DNA of 64,000 bases from Balanoglossus misakiensis (taxonomy: Eukaryota > Animalia > Hemichordata), in NCBI GenBank assembly GCA_040954595.2, contig CM082578.2, positions 11,043,166 through 11,107,165 of the forward strand, given 5' to 3'. The notes under the pieces were generated by a model, which saw nothing but the letters and a program-made list of their open reading frames with translations, was not told the origin of the DNA and did not search any database. Both the position numbers and the translations under genes were made by a program. Below are positions 13,901 through 28,100 of this stretch, piece after piece; within the stretch, counting starts at the first letter, position 1; every line of letters begins with the position of its first letter.

Positions 13901-16900
13901 TTGGTCCTCGTCAATTCTGGTGTTGTCGACAGAGAAGCCGTACACTTATTCAGAATTACACGGCCGGTCGCTCGGCAAACGTCAAAAGACAATCGGAATG
14001 TACATGTATCGACGTTTCCAAGAAATTACTGGTGACGCGGCTCGCGTTGAATGTGATGCGTGCTTTTTGTGTTCTGTGCATTGACACATCTTGTGCCAGT
14101 GAAGATACTAGTAATCAGAATGTGTAGAAAGAAAACAGGTGAATATCACCTCTCCACTTTACTTGGGCGGAAGTTACCTTTCTCCTTCAGCTGTAAACAC
14201 CGGTTTTCTTAGTATTTCGCGTCGCCTAGGTGACGAAATAACAAGCAATGCAATTATCCGCAATTTGACTGCACCGGATTTTTTTTTCACTTTCATGCAA
14301 AACAACAAAGAGGAGATCGCATCGTTATCGCCTCCTCAATCACATCTGCACCCTCGACAAAGAGACCCAACACGATGAAGCACGTTCGACACTTACAAAT
14401 CGATTCAGGGGAAAAAGTGAGTCTCCCAACAAACACGTTAGTTTCAGTGTCAACGGGGTTAACGCGTGCTACCGCGGACGCATCACTTTCTGAGCGTTTC
14501 ATATGCGTTCCTAGTTCAAATCTGCTGAATATCGGAGGGTCAACATTCAATTACTTGGGTGGTTGGCAAGAAATGAATGAAATAACAATATCTGGAAGGT
14601 GGCGCAGGCGACTGATGGAATATTGATTTAATTTGTGCATATTAGGGTGAAATTAGACTCTGATCGCGCACGAGATGAACCGTGCGTGTCTCTGCATATA
14701 CAGTTTATATTTACCCCTGAATTATCGGTTTTGTGGATGGCATGATTCGACTCTCGTTTGCTTTGTGCGTACTTTAATTCCATACAATTCATCAAAATTA
14801 AGACGTGTGTGTTTATCGAGGGCTTTGAATTGGCCATCAGTGGCCGTGTTTGCAATGTCGTCACTTCCGATTCAAACAGAAAAAATCGACATTTCTATAT
14901 AACCGGGGAGGGGGGGGGGTCTCATAGCGAAAGGGTAGGCGACCTTGTCTCCCGCATCACGGCACACATGTCATACTTAACGTTGAGACAACTTTCATGT
15001 ATACCTTTACTTCCAGGAAGGAAAAAACGTATATAAACTCACGTGCACGCGTACATGTACGGCGCCATTTGTCAGGGGATCAGATTGTTTCAAAACGACG
15101 ATTGCTTCCGGCGTACGTGATGCCGAGCCTTTCGTACTTGGACTCCGATTAACTTCGCCACTCACAAAAAAATATCGGAATCTACCTCTTCACGCTCTTT
15201 GATCTTCTAAATGCGACGATTTTGTGTCTACATATAGTGCGCGCCACGGAAATTGAAAGTTTGGAAACTTCTCTTCATAGTTTGCTGAGAGGGAGACTTT
15301 TAACACGTCTCTTACAAGTCTCTTACGCCCAAGTCTTTACTATACCAATAGTTGACACTCAAACTGGTTACCAAATACATCACATTTTCAAATCGTTCAC
15401 TTGACATTACTGTGAATTTGTGATAGACTGGTACAAAAATACGTAGTCTCGCATTTCACGAGATTTGCCGACCTCGGTCCAATCTCGTGAGATGTTGTTA
15501 AATTTGCCAGTGAGTTAACGACTGAAAGTAAACTTTTGACCAGGCAATTAACCGGAACTTGGCACGCCACTTCCCCTGGCAATTAAGAAGACATATACTC
15601 GAAAACAAACATGGAGTATCCAAGTTTCTCGAGAGTATACCCTACAGCGTCTCGGTATGTCGTTTTCCGGGTCATTCTTCGTTCGAAAATTCAAAGCTTC
15701 AATTTCAGGTAGATTGGCTCTTTCCGGTGCAATGCTTAATGGGATCAGCCTTCCTGTGCAATTTGCTGGTACCGTATATGATTACGTTTATTGCACGCGA
15801 AACAGGTTTTACTCAAGTTATGTTTTGGACTTCATTGTATAGCCATCTATCATATTGCATTAATCTCAAGTGAATGAATCGAAGCGTCCGGTTTGCTTAA
15901 TTTATGATTAAATTAACATCATGTTAATCCGATATATGTTTTGTTTGTCTGGAGGCCACATTAAATAAACTTGATAAAACTCTGGATATTTTTTTATAAA
16001 CGTAACGAGACGTCTACGGTAACTTTTCACGTGCGGAAAAAACAAAATCGGGGCCACAGAGTTCCATAAGCGCATTCAATTGTGACAGACAAGACTCTCT
16101 CATATTACTTGTCCATGATTCTCTTTTTTCCCGCAGCGTCCCTCTGGTAAAATATTTAAAATGGATAAAAGTGGGACAGCCTCTTTCAAATCATTGAATC
16201 ATCTCGCAAACGGCAGATATACAGTTTAGATTGCTGCTTACGAAATAAACCACCAGGTCAAGGTCGTAATTACCCGCGCTAATCTGGAGAAATATTACCG
16301 CTAAAATTCTTGTTAAATTGCGATCGTTTCTCGTGCCTTGTTTTGAGCGGCGGAAATTTGATTGTGGATACGGCAACCGACCATGCGTGAAATGGCGAAA
16401 ATTGCACAAATTGTGTTTTTTTTGTCACAAGCCGCTCGGAAACGCTGGCATAACTTTATTACAGAATTACTCGGCGAAAAAGATCCGATCACATACTGCA
16501 TGTGTCACGTGTACATGCAGCCGCACGTTCATACCATCATCACCTGCCACCGAGGGCGTTGTTTAATACATGCAAAATTACTGATATCGTCACAGCCAAA
16601 CAACAGACTGAGTCGGTCGGTCCGCGACCGGCGTCGATGGTGTAATTATTGCATACAATCAAGGAAATTAAAGGGGTGTAGGTGTAACGTAAACAACTTA
16701 AATCCTATTTGAAGGAAACGATCATCTTTAATGACGGGGATTCTGAGAAAAAACAACGGTATTGAGTAGCCGTCGTTCTAATTCAATAGTTTTGTTTGCG
16801 AAAAAATCACGGTTCATCCTTCTTGTAATTCAGGGAAACACAACCTATCAATTTCCTGTCAACTAGACAATTTGAAAGTTTCATATCCGCAGACGCATAG

Positions 16901-19058
16901 ATAGTTTCTATGACGAGAGCATTGCAGCATGTGATCATACATTTAGACGTGACGTGTTATCGTTACATACGGGATACATGTATATGCGCGTCTCGTCCGC
17001 AAATTGCGCGCAATGTATTTAGGATGTTTGCGTTGCGCGTCGGCCCACTCAATAAATGCCGGCAGAGTACAACGGAAAAGGTTTCTTAAATTGCACACCT
17101 GGCGTGGGATGGCGACCGTCGGAATGATATCGACTCCAGCGTCCACCGGGCGGCTCTTGCAGTAATTTACCCCCCCCCCCCCCCCACCACCACCACTAAT
17201 CTACCCCGAACAACATGCGCCGCCACAAGTTTGTTCTCGTGAGAGTAATAATGTTGGCATCCGTTGATAAATACACCAAGTGAAGCGAGCTAAGTCTTCA
17301 TCATTTCCTGGAATAGTCTCTTCCTTATGTGTGTCGGGACCTGTGAAGTCTAGTTTGCGCTGCTGAAATATTAAACTTCCAATATCACTCTGTTTCCAAT
17401 GTATTCCATGGTGTATATTATGTCTGGCCCTGTTATTTGCGCTCGGTAGGTTTTTTTTTTAATTTCGACGTGGCAGCCGCTTTATTGTGTCGCGATTCCT
17501 TGATTTCCACACGGCAAGATAAAAGAGTTTTATCGCAGAGGTGTTCTTCCTTCGAGGGTGCGGCGATTACGAGCCTTTTTTCGCAATAAAGATAATCCGA
17601 ATAAATCACCCCTTTTTCAGAGAGTCTCACATTGTAGGTGTCGCGGAAGTCACTTCTCGAAAAGGATTTATCGAAGTTGTTGGCCAGGTGTTGGCGATGG
17701 CACTGCGGTCATCGTTGGGCGCAGCTGGCTGTAGAAGGTGAAAAGTGAACATTCTTGATTCCGTGTGCATGCAGCCAAGTCGACAGGTGTTCCGCGGCGC
17801 TGTATTGTTCACTTTTTGGAGTCTCATTATCGCGGTCCCATTGGGGCCGGACCCTACCGCGTATATATACATGTGCACCCAGGAAACAACTCGTGCACCA
17901 AACCACTCGGCCAAATACTGAAGTTAGACAGTCGCCACTACTCTGGTTTCTGCGGGCATAAATGATGTTCATCCTATGTTAGTAGGAGAGTCATATAGAT
18001 GTCTCGGTCTATACCTGTCATCAGCTTTTGACATTTATCTCCACAACGGCAACGGCAGTGTCCCCCTGGGAAAATCATTGCATATGACAGCATTTGCAAT
18101 TTTTTTTCTCTAAAATCAATATCCGCGCCACAGAATTGGCTTAAAACCTTAGGGTGTCTGTCGTGCACGCCACACACAATTGCTCTTCTGCAAATTAACT
18201 GTCCGTCTTGCGGATTTTCGTCTTTTACGTCTTGAAAGTAAATATTAAAGCCAGACTTTCCCTTCAGGGAGTGCTAATATTTATCCAACTCCCTAGTCCT
18301 TGGATTTCGCCAATTAGCGCCATCAATAATTCAATGTACGGGAACTGGGCTGTCAGATTTCGAAAAGTTATTAGCATGGTCGCGCCGTATCGTGTGTCGC
18401 CGTCAGGATCGACGTAAGCCCGCGAGTAACATTTTAATGACATTGGCTTACTTATTTGTCATTTTGAAATAACACGTTATTCCTGGAAGAGTTTAATCTT
18501 ATTAGTAAGAAATGGGAACTGGGTGGATTCGTACAGCCTACATTGTACAGAACTTCAGGAATACCTAACATTTTCTGTAAAATCAAGTACAAAATGGGCT
18601 ATATTACAAAGGTCATTGGAATACAGGTCGCCACATGATGTCCAATATAGTCATTTACCCCAATACCCTATTTTTATTTTGTGGAATGCATTTACGGTCG
18701 ATCAAATTTCATTTAATTTTTGAACTATTAACACACTGCTTCATAGACATTTCGCTACTGACAATGCAGATAGTATTCGTTGCGCTGAAATTAAATTATT
18801 ATGGACATAATTAAGCCAATAGAATTGTGTCCTGTGTGCAGCGCGCGGTCTCGTAAGGTGCGTTTCGATTGGTCAGTTCTACTGGTCAGGTCCTTGTCAC
18901 TCCACTCTCATCCAATCGACACAACATGTTCATGAATGCTCTAATTCATCACATCGCGAAGGGCTTCTGGGGCGATAAACATCGCTCCAGTGAAGAATAA
19001 AGAGTAGAAAACCCCACGTCATGATTCTTCTGTTTTTAGTTACTAAACGCTGACGTTT

Positions 19059-19079
19059 TTCAGCACCATGGACTGTGTA
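19059..19079 (+). promoter_or_regulatory. RE1/NRSE-like element (REST-type site)
   Basis: TTCAGCACCATGGACTGTGTA versus consensus TTCAGCACCnnGGACAGCGCC. Left half and GGAC are perfect with canonical 2-nt spacing; the 3' end is degenerate. TGACGT lies immediately upstream at 19051. Confidence 0.3.
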
Positions 19080-20391
19080 TCAGTTAGCTAATATCATCAT
19101 CGCTGCTCACAACCAGACGTACGTCAATAGAAAGCGTCAGATTATCCTTCTGGCAATATCAACTTAATTACGAAAAATCTGATTTAAATAAATAAAAAAA
19201 GAACGAAAGAAAGAAAGAAAAGAAAGTCGTGCAAGGCACGGGTCAGTCTTAAGGGCCATGTGTTTTCAGGAGCTGAGCAACTCAATTTTGAATTCCGTTA
19301 CAATACAATGGACCCACGGAAAATTCTCCCCCAAAGTGGGTAGTTTACCTATTTCCCTTGAAACGGAACAGAGCGGAACACGCTTGATTTTTTCTTGAAG
19401 GCCCTGACACCAGTCATCGGAAAGTTTCCGCTGTCGACCTCGTTCAAGTCATAGCTATGTTATTATATACTTGAAAACTTCGTCGTCTTCCTTTGTAAGT
19501 CCCCTTAAGATAGATTTTTCGCTGAACACCCTGAAAGTTGCAAAGCAAATGAAGTAGAGTTAGCGACGCAAACACACAAAGCGGACTACACTAATGTTTT
19601 GCGCCCTCTGTCGACCAAAAATGTATTTTCTCCAAAAAAGTTACGGTCCACGACTCGAGCCCGTACGCTAGTTAAAAATTACACCCCCTGCCTCAGTGAC
19701 ACACGTACGTCTGTCGCGGAGACGCACAATAAGTCAGCAGCCGGGAGATGGTCCTCGACCCTCGCAGGTGCTCGAAATTAGTTGTGTGGTCACTTTGTAA
19801 CAATTTACACGGCGGAGGAACGAAACAATAGATTATGCAACAGGGCATTTTTCCATACGCCCCGTCCAAATTTCAGTCACCGGTGTTCACCATACCCGAT
19901 AAGTTATTAACTCTCAATGCCGGCGCTCATTGCTATTTTGTTGTAAAACATTGTGAAGATCTAAATTACGCTAGCTTCCGACTGAGAAAAGTTGACTTGA
20001 TGTCATTCATAGCTAATGCGAGTGCTTTCTGCAAGTGACCCGATTTCACTAAGATATCGTTCTCATCAATGAATCAGTACTGTAGTGTTAAACATTTACA
20101 GTAAATTGGCCTCTCTCATAAGAAACAAAATGTAGAATGATTTTAGTTGGAATGTGGGCAAGACCTGTGACATACATTTTCCACGGGTTCTCACTTCTCA
20201 ACTTTGCATACAGGTGGTTGGTTGCACGTCCGCTGCCCGATGACACGGAACAATGCAATGACTTCAAGTTCCACGCAATGCTACGCATACTACGATACTT
20301 ACTTTGCAAAATGTTGTAGTCCACTGACATCGCAGGCCGCATCAATGACTGAACAAAGTACCTGGAATAACTATTCTCTCTGTCCGTTGAA

Positions 20392-20670
20392 TTAGCCGAC
20401 CAGATATTTCAGCGCAATACCGAGTACAGCCAGTGAAACAGCGAGGATCTGAACGTTCCGGCTTCCTATCCGTTCGGAGAGGTCAACCGTGGCGTGGAGG
20501 ACAGCAGCCAAGAGGCAGAGCGCAACCAATGCGCTGGCCAGTCCACCGACGTCGATTAAAAAAGCAACGATGATAAGAGCTAGTGTAACCTCGGATTTAA
20601 GCGCTTTCCCGTCGGCGATAGCGCCAATTACTCCGCCGAATATAGACGCCAAAATGACGAAGACCATCAT
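20392..20670 (-). CDS. Small hydrophobic membrane protein, about 92 aa, about 3 predicted TM segments, unknown function (may be a terminal exon)
   Basis: MMVFVILASIFGGVIGAIADGKALKSEVTLALIIVAFLIDVGGLASALVALCLLAAVLHATVDLSERIGSRNVQILAVSLAVLGIALKYLVG*. Long apolar stretches are separated by short charged loops, and the ORF is GC-richer than its flanks. Possible acceptor tgtgtgcag about 25 nt upstream of the ATG. Confidence 0.5.
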   Translation of the reverse strand: MMVFVILASIFGGVIGAIADGKALKSEVTLALIIVAFLIDVGGLASALVALCLLAAVLHATVDLSERIGSRNVQILAVSLAVLGIALKYLVG

Positions 20671-22190
20671 GGAGTCCGCGAGCTTCAGCCTGCATCTGCA
20701 CACAGGTCACACTCAGCTCGATCAGCTCCGTCGTTGGTCGAATGACGTCACGAACCTCCTTTTGCTGTTACGTAATGTAGTCCGAACTTTGAACTTTCAT
20801 CAGATTGAAGCCAAAATACCAGCACGTGCCAGGTGGATGCATGTCATCCAGTAAATGTCACAGACATACGGCTGAAGGCGCAAGCTGTATACTTTTGGTA
20901 TCGGTCTTTATGCGATATACAGATAATGAACGAGTGCACCGATAAGCTTATACCCGAGGGGGCGTAGTCGCGAGGGCCAGGGGGATGGGACAGTTTTTGT
21001 TATTATTGATTGATATAGTAAACAAAAATGTTTATTTGTTATTTTGCTATTTATTGACATAATAAAATCGACTCGAAAGCACAAAACATAGCCAAACCAC
21101 GTCCACAGTGCATACCCTAGTCTTACTGGCCGTGGAGGGCGCGTTTTTTTCTCGCTGGCGTGGGCGTGGATAGTCAGATATAACCTTGTCAGATATGATC
21201 GATTGTGTCCCCTTAAAAGTTACTTCCTCGTTCCTGTGGTCCGGGCAAACATTCTTCAGATGGTAGGGTACTCAACTTTCAGTACATTGTACACACGGGT
21301 GTACTGAACCACAGACCTTGGTCCACCAAACCGTGTCCACCACAGGTAATGTACTCCAGATTTTATCATTTTACGCTATTTTAGCGACAAGTAGTGAAAG
21401 TTCAAAAGTGTGAATACAATTATATTACAACTTCGCTCAGATTTCGTACATATCATATAGGCCTACCCTGGGGCGAGCGAGTTGTACATATTTCGCCCCA
21501 GGGTCTATGCGCAGAACGACAACAAAATTCACTATGCCGTTTGAAGTGTGAGGCACAGATTTACTTAGCAGCCACTTATTCCTGGCGGTCGTCAATGTAA
21601 TGGCGTTGGTGAAATAACTGAGTAAAGCACCGTTTCCACAATAAGCAACACAGCGCAGTGCGATTAGTAGGCCTACGGGAGAACAATGCACAATACACAT
21701 CAAATATGTGATATATGATAATCGGGTTGTTGATTAACACCAAGAAATGATTCGCACGTGATGCTAAGACGTAGCTGACCAGGTCATGGCAGATCATGAC
21801 GCATATATTGTCGCAGGCGCCTTTGAAAAGATGCCAAAGGTAATGGGTCAACCGTACGATCGATTGTCTTTGCGTTTTTATAACACTTATTTTTTTTTAT
21901 ACAAACCGGAGACCCTGACGTACATGTATTTGTGCATACGATACAAGTCCTTTGGTTTACCACAGGAAAAAAGTTTTTCTCTTTGTCCGTTACTCTACAA
22001 ATTTAAGACATATAGTGATAAAAGGAAACCCTTTTTGTGAGGGATCCCCACTTTGCATATTACCAAACCACCAAAAGCAGAAAAAACACCACTCACTTAA
22101 CTTCATTAATTTTAAAATACACGTACGTGTTATATTTTAGCATATTAAGGGCTGAGTTTTTATTATTATTTTGCAGAGTTGGTGTATAAC

Positions 22191-25100
22191 ATGAACATGG
22201 CGCTTCCAACGATTCTTGTGATAATACTCACCATTTTCTCTGTGAAGTGCTACGCAAGTTCATTCATCGTGGCGAATTTCACAGATGATTATTCCCATGG
22301 GTTCAATCACCTGACAGTTCATGGGAATGGAAGTGTGTATCTTGGAGGTGTGAATAATGTCTATAAGTTGGACAGCAAGTTACAGTTACTGCATAATGTG
22401 TCAACTGGACCAGTAAATGATGCAACCAATGGGTGGACTGATGTTCATAACAAAATCCTTGCCATCAATTCAGTGGCTGACAATCTAGTGGTGTGTGGAA
22501 GTTACAAGGGATACTGTGAGATACGAAGTACAGCGGACCTGTCATACATAGATGGAAATGATCGGTATGTGGCAGCAGATACTGTTGAGGATTCCACTGT
22601 TGGACTTGTAGCTGGTGGTTATGATCAACAGATGTTGTATGTGGGAACTACGAGAACACAAACCGGATTTGGTTATCCATTTGTAAGTGGTCGACAACTT
22701 GGTGGCACAGGCTTATTTGATGTGATTGATGGTGCAACTCGAGTGCGCCCAGGGGTGGCAGCTGCAGACTTTAGAATTATATACAGGTTTGCGTTTTCCT
22801 ATGGAAGGTTTACTTACTTCATAAACACCCAGCAGTCAGACCCAGATGTTGGAGATTCGGATCGCAAATCCAAAATTGCCAGAGTCTGTCAAGACAGAAG
22901 TTCTCATTATTATGAGTCATTTACTGAAGTCGCACTGAAATGTACAGATGACAGTGATTACCTGATACAAGCGGCATACATCACCAGACCAGGTTCTGAC
23001 TTAGTCAATGCATTGTCACTGGAAGATGGAGAAGAGGTTCTGTTCACAGTATTCACCAAACAAGACACAACATCTGTAGTGTGTATGTATAGAATGAAAA
23101 CTATTGAAGATGCATTCACTGCAGCTCTAACTAATTGTCTAAATGATAACAGAGGAAGCAGTTCACCATATACTGTCAAGTATCTGCTTCGCGGTACATG
23201 TGGTTCAACCATATCGGTGAGTAGAACGTGGGCAAGCAGCCCCACATCTTTAATCAAGTACCAATTTTATGTAGAAGAAAACATCTAAACGTTCATATGG
23301 ATTACTACAGTAACTATCTAGAAACATATATTCATGTAATAATTACATGGAAACGACTTAAGTGAATATGCATAACAACCAACAAGTAAATACAAACGCT
23401 TTGAATATTACCTCATATTTTGAATAGATGAAACTGATCGTGGAACACGAGTCTTTAAGCAGTTGTATGCGACCGATTTTGTCTAATTTTTATTTCAGTA
23501 CTCGGCATCCCTGGAATGTTATACTGCAGGTTTTTACACTTATGCAAGAGACGAGTCTCCTGTAACTGCTGTCGGAACAATGTACTCTGACACGTTTGTG
23601 ACGTCAATAGCAGTAACTACTGTAGAGCGTCACACAGTAGGTTATCTTGGCACGAACAACGGACTCGTGATGAAGGTAAGTAATAAATGATTTTAATGAA
23701 GTTGTCGTATTTTGGCACTTTTATTTTGTCACAAGCATTCCAATACTTGTCACATGAACTGGCCAAATTGTGTCGTTTATGTATGTCAACTCATGAGAAC
23801 AGACAAACAGTTTTAGACGCCATATTCATTACTTGGTCAATTGTACTATATATAGTACTGTAAAATTTTGATAACGCGCATCTGCACTATACATATCTCC
23901 TTTACTGTTGTTTTATTTATTTGTGCAATTACTTTCAATATTGTTCGCATTGGTTTATATTTTTAACGATCTCGTTTTTGGAGCAACATCTTAGTTCGCA
24001 GTACATATGAATAAACTTTTCACCTTCGCGTTGCAACTGTTATTTACACTATACCCGTTGACTTTAATAACTTACTCTTACTGTGTATTTCTTTCAGTTG
24101 CATCTTCTTGCAAATTCTGAGTCGAACACATACGAAGTTCTTGCCGTCGATGGCGAATTTCTTCGAATATTATCTGATATGGCATTTGACGTATCTAACG
24201 AACACATATACGTGTATTCTAGTAAAGTGGTGAGCATGACGTCAAAATATCATATTACATGTAGTTGGATGCAATATTAATATACTTATACTTACTTATT
24301 TGATATGTTATACTTAAGAAAACAACATTATTCATTGTACATGTATTATTTTATGCAGGTTCACAAGCTGAAGGTACAAACCTGCAGTCAAAACACAAGT
24401 TGTGAGGCTTGTTTTGCATCCCTGGATCCATACTGTGGATGGTGCACTTTGGAAAGAAGGTATGCACCCAGCCCGAACCTTTGTTACAGGACTGTGCATT
24501 TTGAGCAATGTCGATTTTGCTGCTGCTCGCATATCGTTCTAATGTTTCTGTTAGAAATTGCAAGATTCATACAGAGTTTGTATGTGTGCTACACCTGGAA
24601 ACGGCAAACTGACATACAACCGCGGCTGTAGGTCTAATTACTTCTTGAATGTGACATCGCCGTAAAATTCCAATTGATGCTCACATGAATACAACAGAGA
24701 TATCCGCGCTATTAACCTAAGCGATTTTGCACTATCACAGGTGTTCTCTGTACTCTAACTGCTCACGTGCACATGAGACGTCAAGATGGCTAGATGTCTT
24801 CTCTGTTAACCCTTCCTGTGTAACCATATCTTCGATTTCTCCCGCCGACAGTATTCCGATAACTCTTAGTCACCAGGTACGTTAAAAGATCCCTTCACTG
24901 AGATGGATCGGCAAATGTATCGTGTCTTATTCAAATATATGTACTCCCCTTCTCACTACTGAAAATACTGACCCCTTTGAAGATGACAAAATAACTTACC
25001 CCCTTCTCCCCGCGCGCGAGTGAATTTGGTAAAACATGCATTTACTATTTACAACCGTTATTTCAATATTACGTGCTTTGACCTCTGTAAATCTTGTAGT

Positions 25101-28100
25101 AAACTTAGTTACAATGTTGGACTTTGTATCCGATACGAACTCCTTAAAATGCTATGTGTATTTACTAGGCCTGTACACCCGGGGTCGTACACTGTTAATT
25201 ATTCAAATGTTTATTACCATGCTTATTAAGAATAGTACCTGTTTTCTATCGTGTTTTTTTTCAGATTGATATTACTGTAGAAGAATTACCCGAATTGAAT
25301 GTCCCCAATCAATACCAATGCAGCTTCGATGACACGTTTATAGATATTGCTGAGAAGAATGGTGACGTATTAATTTGTGATACTCCACCAGTCGACCAAA
25401 GACCAGACATACCGACACAGAAAGGTAGGAAACAGTTGTTTATTACCACCACTCATGAAGTAATTGTACGGTTGTGTTTGAACTGCGTTAAAAGGTCCTC
25501 CATAACACTAAGAGTGCATAACTTAGTTGCTGTGTTGTTGGCGTGCAGTAAAAGCAAATACCATAAAATTGTATGAGCTCATGGATTTAGCCTGGACAAG
25601 AAGGATAACTGTGTCAAAAGCGTTCACCTCGGCTCCAACGGGTTTCGAGGAGTGACCAGAACTAGATTTGAGTTTTATAACATGATAGTCTGATTGCCAA
25701 AATGTGACATGAACAAAACATGCATAAATTTAGTCGACTAGGCAATTGTGGTCTACAAATGGAATTAACAGTAAATTATTCTTTACTTCAGTCTTCACTT
25801 TTACCAATGAAACCATTATAGAATGACAGAAAGCGACTTTTTTTAATTTTCCATTGTCTTAATCATAACAACCTTACTTTTATGGTTGTATTTCAGATTT
25901 CGTGGCTGTTACTTTACAAATAGAAAGTACAGAAACAAACGTGAGATTTGTTGACAGGAGTTTCTACTTTTACGACTGTTCTTCGCATTCCTCGTAAGTG
26001 TAATCTATTTGACTACAGAAAATTGTGTCGCGTCCAAGTGGTGATGCAAATTGTTACAGAATCACAATGTCCTCGTGCCAGGTATGAAAGGCATTGGTTC
26101 AAACACAGCGATATATATATAAAATAGCAACAGAGAAACAGAACCCAAATCATCCGTAACCCTAGATTACGTCCACGTTATACCTTGTAATTACTGACAC
26201 GTCGATACATATATTTAGATGCAGTCAATGTGTATCCAGCAACTGGGCCTGTAATTGGTGCGTCTATGAAAGCAGGTGTACACATTACCTGGATAGCTGT
26301 TCTGATGATGACCAATCATCTATCGTCGTTGGAATAAATGTGAGTTTACAATAAGTCGCACGAATAGCAGCTTGAATATTTTGGCAAATCCTTGCAATAT
26401 TGCCGATGTCACTATGTTTATTTTGAGCAGTTGATTAGTTACTAAACATATATCAGGCGATTGAATTGTTGCGTAGAAAATTGCCGTAATTTAAAAAGAA
26501 AAGCAGTTGACTGGCGTTTCTCTTTTGCAGAATCCGCTCAACGTGAGCAACATCCGGGGACAGTCGTACTGTCCTCAGTTGATCGAACAAGGAGAAATGT
26601 TGATGCCGGTGGAAGTTGACAGAGAGATTGCGATTGAAACGCGGAATATCTATGAGTTGAAGGTTGGACATTCATGACTTTGACTTTCTAAAAGCCATCG
26701 TGATTATCAAAAAAACAGTGCAAGAATATTCATCATTTAAGCTATTCATGATCCCTTGCAGAATTCCTTTTTATGAAAACCGGGGATAATTAGGAATCTC
26801 TAATGACACATCATTTGATTAATAATAACATGTTCATCGATTTATGATTTTGTTACTTTTTACACTTATGTAAATATGACTTATTTTGACGAAATTACAA
26901 TATATTGTTGCAGGATGGACAATCGGGATATGAATGCATATTGACTGTTGAAGGAATACAACAAAGCACACCTGCCATAAGACACAACGACACATTGGTT
27001 ACGTGTAACATGAGAACGGTAAGACTTATACAAGAAATGTCATGTGCGAAAATGAGGCTAAAGATTTGCTGATTATTTTGTTTGGGGGGGGGGGCTTTTC
27101 ACACGCTGTGTATTCTTACTGAAAGTTATCTTTCTCTTTTTGTTTCATCAAGTATTCCTACAAGGCTTCAGTTCAAGAAATGGTTGTTGCCATATCTTTG
27201 AAGATGAATGGTAACTACATTGACGATATCCATGGAAATACGGGTAATCCTATATTCTCAGTCATTCTGTACTTCTAAATTTATGTCGCGTATATGTGTT
27301 GCAAGTAAACCTAACCGTGAATTCAAATGGACTATTTGTATCCCAGTAGTCTGCAACACGTATACCACGCTATAAATTGTAATTTCCCTCAACAGTGACA
27401 TTGTATGATTGCTCCGTGGGTCGCAGAGACTGCAGTCGCTGTCTGTCACAATCAGTCACCAGATTACCTTTGCAGTGTGGGTGGTGTAAAAGTAGCGGGA
27501 CCTGTGAAGTTCGTGAGCTGTGCAACCCTCTTGACTGGATGCCCTATGGAACGACTGAAAACTGCAATGATCCCGTTATAACTGAGGTTAGAAATTTATA
27601 TTAAAATTTAGGAATTATTCTTAAGTGTGCCTATATATCCACATATTATCGAGTGCAATAGGTCAAAGTGCAAAGGCATTGTAATTGGGTACACTCCTTT
27701 CTGTTTCTATTGACTTTCTTATTTTATTATAGTGTCCTTTCACACGGGAAAAATGGCATTTATCAATTTGGTTCATTCTGTTCAATTTTGACAGATTTGG
27801 CCAATGTCTGGCCCTTATGAAGGAGGAACGGACGTAATCATAAGTGGAACCGACATTGGAAAACAGCCCTCTGATATAATTCAAGTTAAAGTATCTGCTT
27901 TGCCATGCACAGTGATAGATGGGTCATACACTGTCTCTGAAAGGTATAACCATTTATTTAAATTTTGTGTAAGCCATGGGATATTGAGCGGTCCAAGGGC
28001 ATAGTAACATTATCATCGATGCACGCTTGACAATGGTTAATTCGTAGAGGTTTAAAGGTCATACAATGCCTCTTGAAAATGATAAAATTGTGTTCGTTCT

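Noticed and set aside
14903-14960. G-run-led segments (also near 33009 and 45520-45710) resembling MITE ends
   Set aside because: Could not identify paired terminal inverted repeats or target-site duplications by eye.
22023-22058. NF-kB-like (GGAAACCC, GGGATCCCC) and octamer-like motifs upstream of the plexin-ITAM coding exon
   Set aside because: Short degenerate matches expected by chance, and probably intronic to an unmapped 5' UTR exon.
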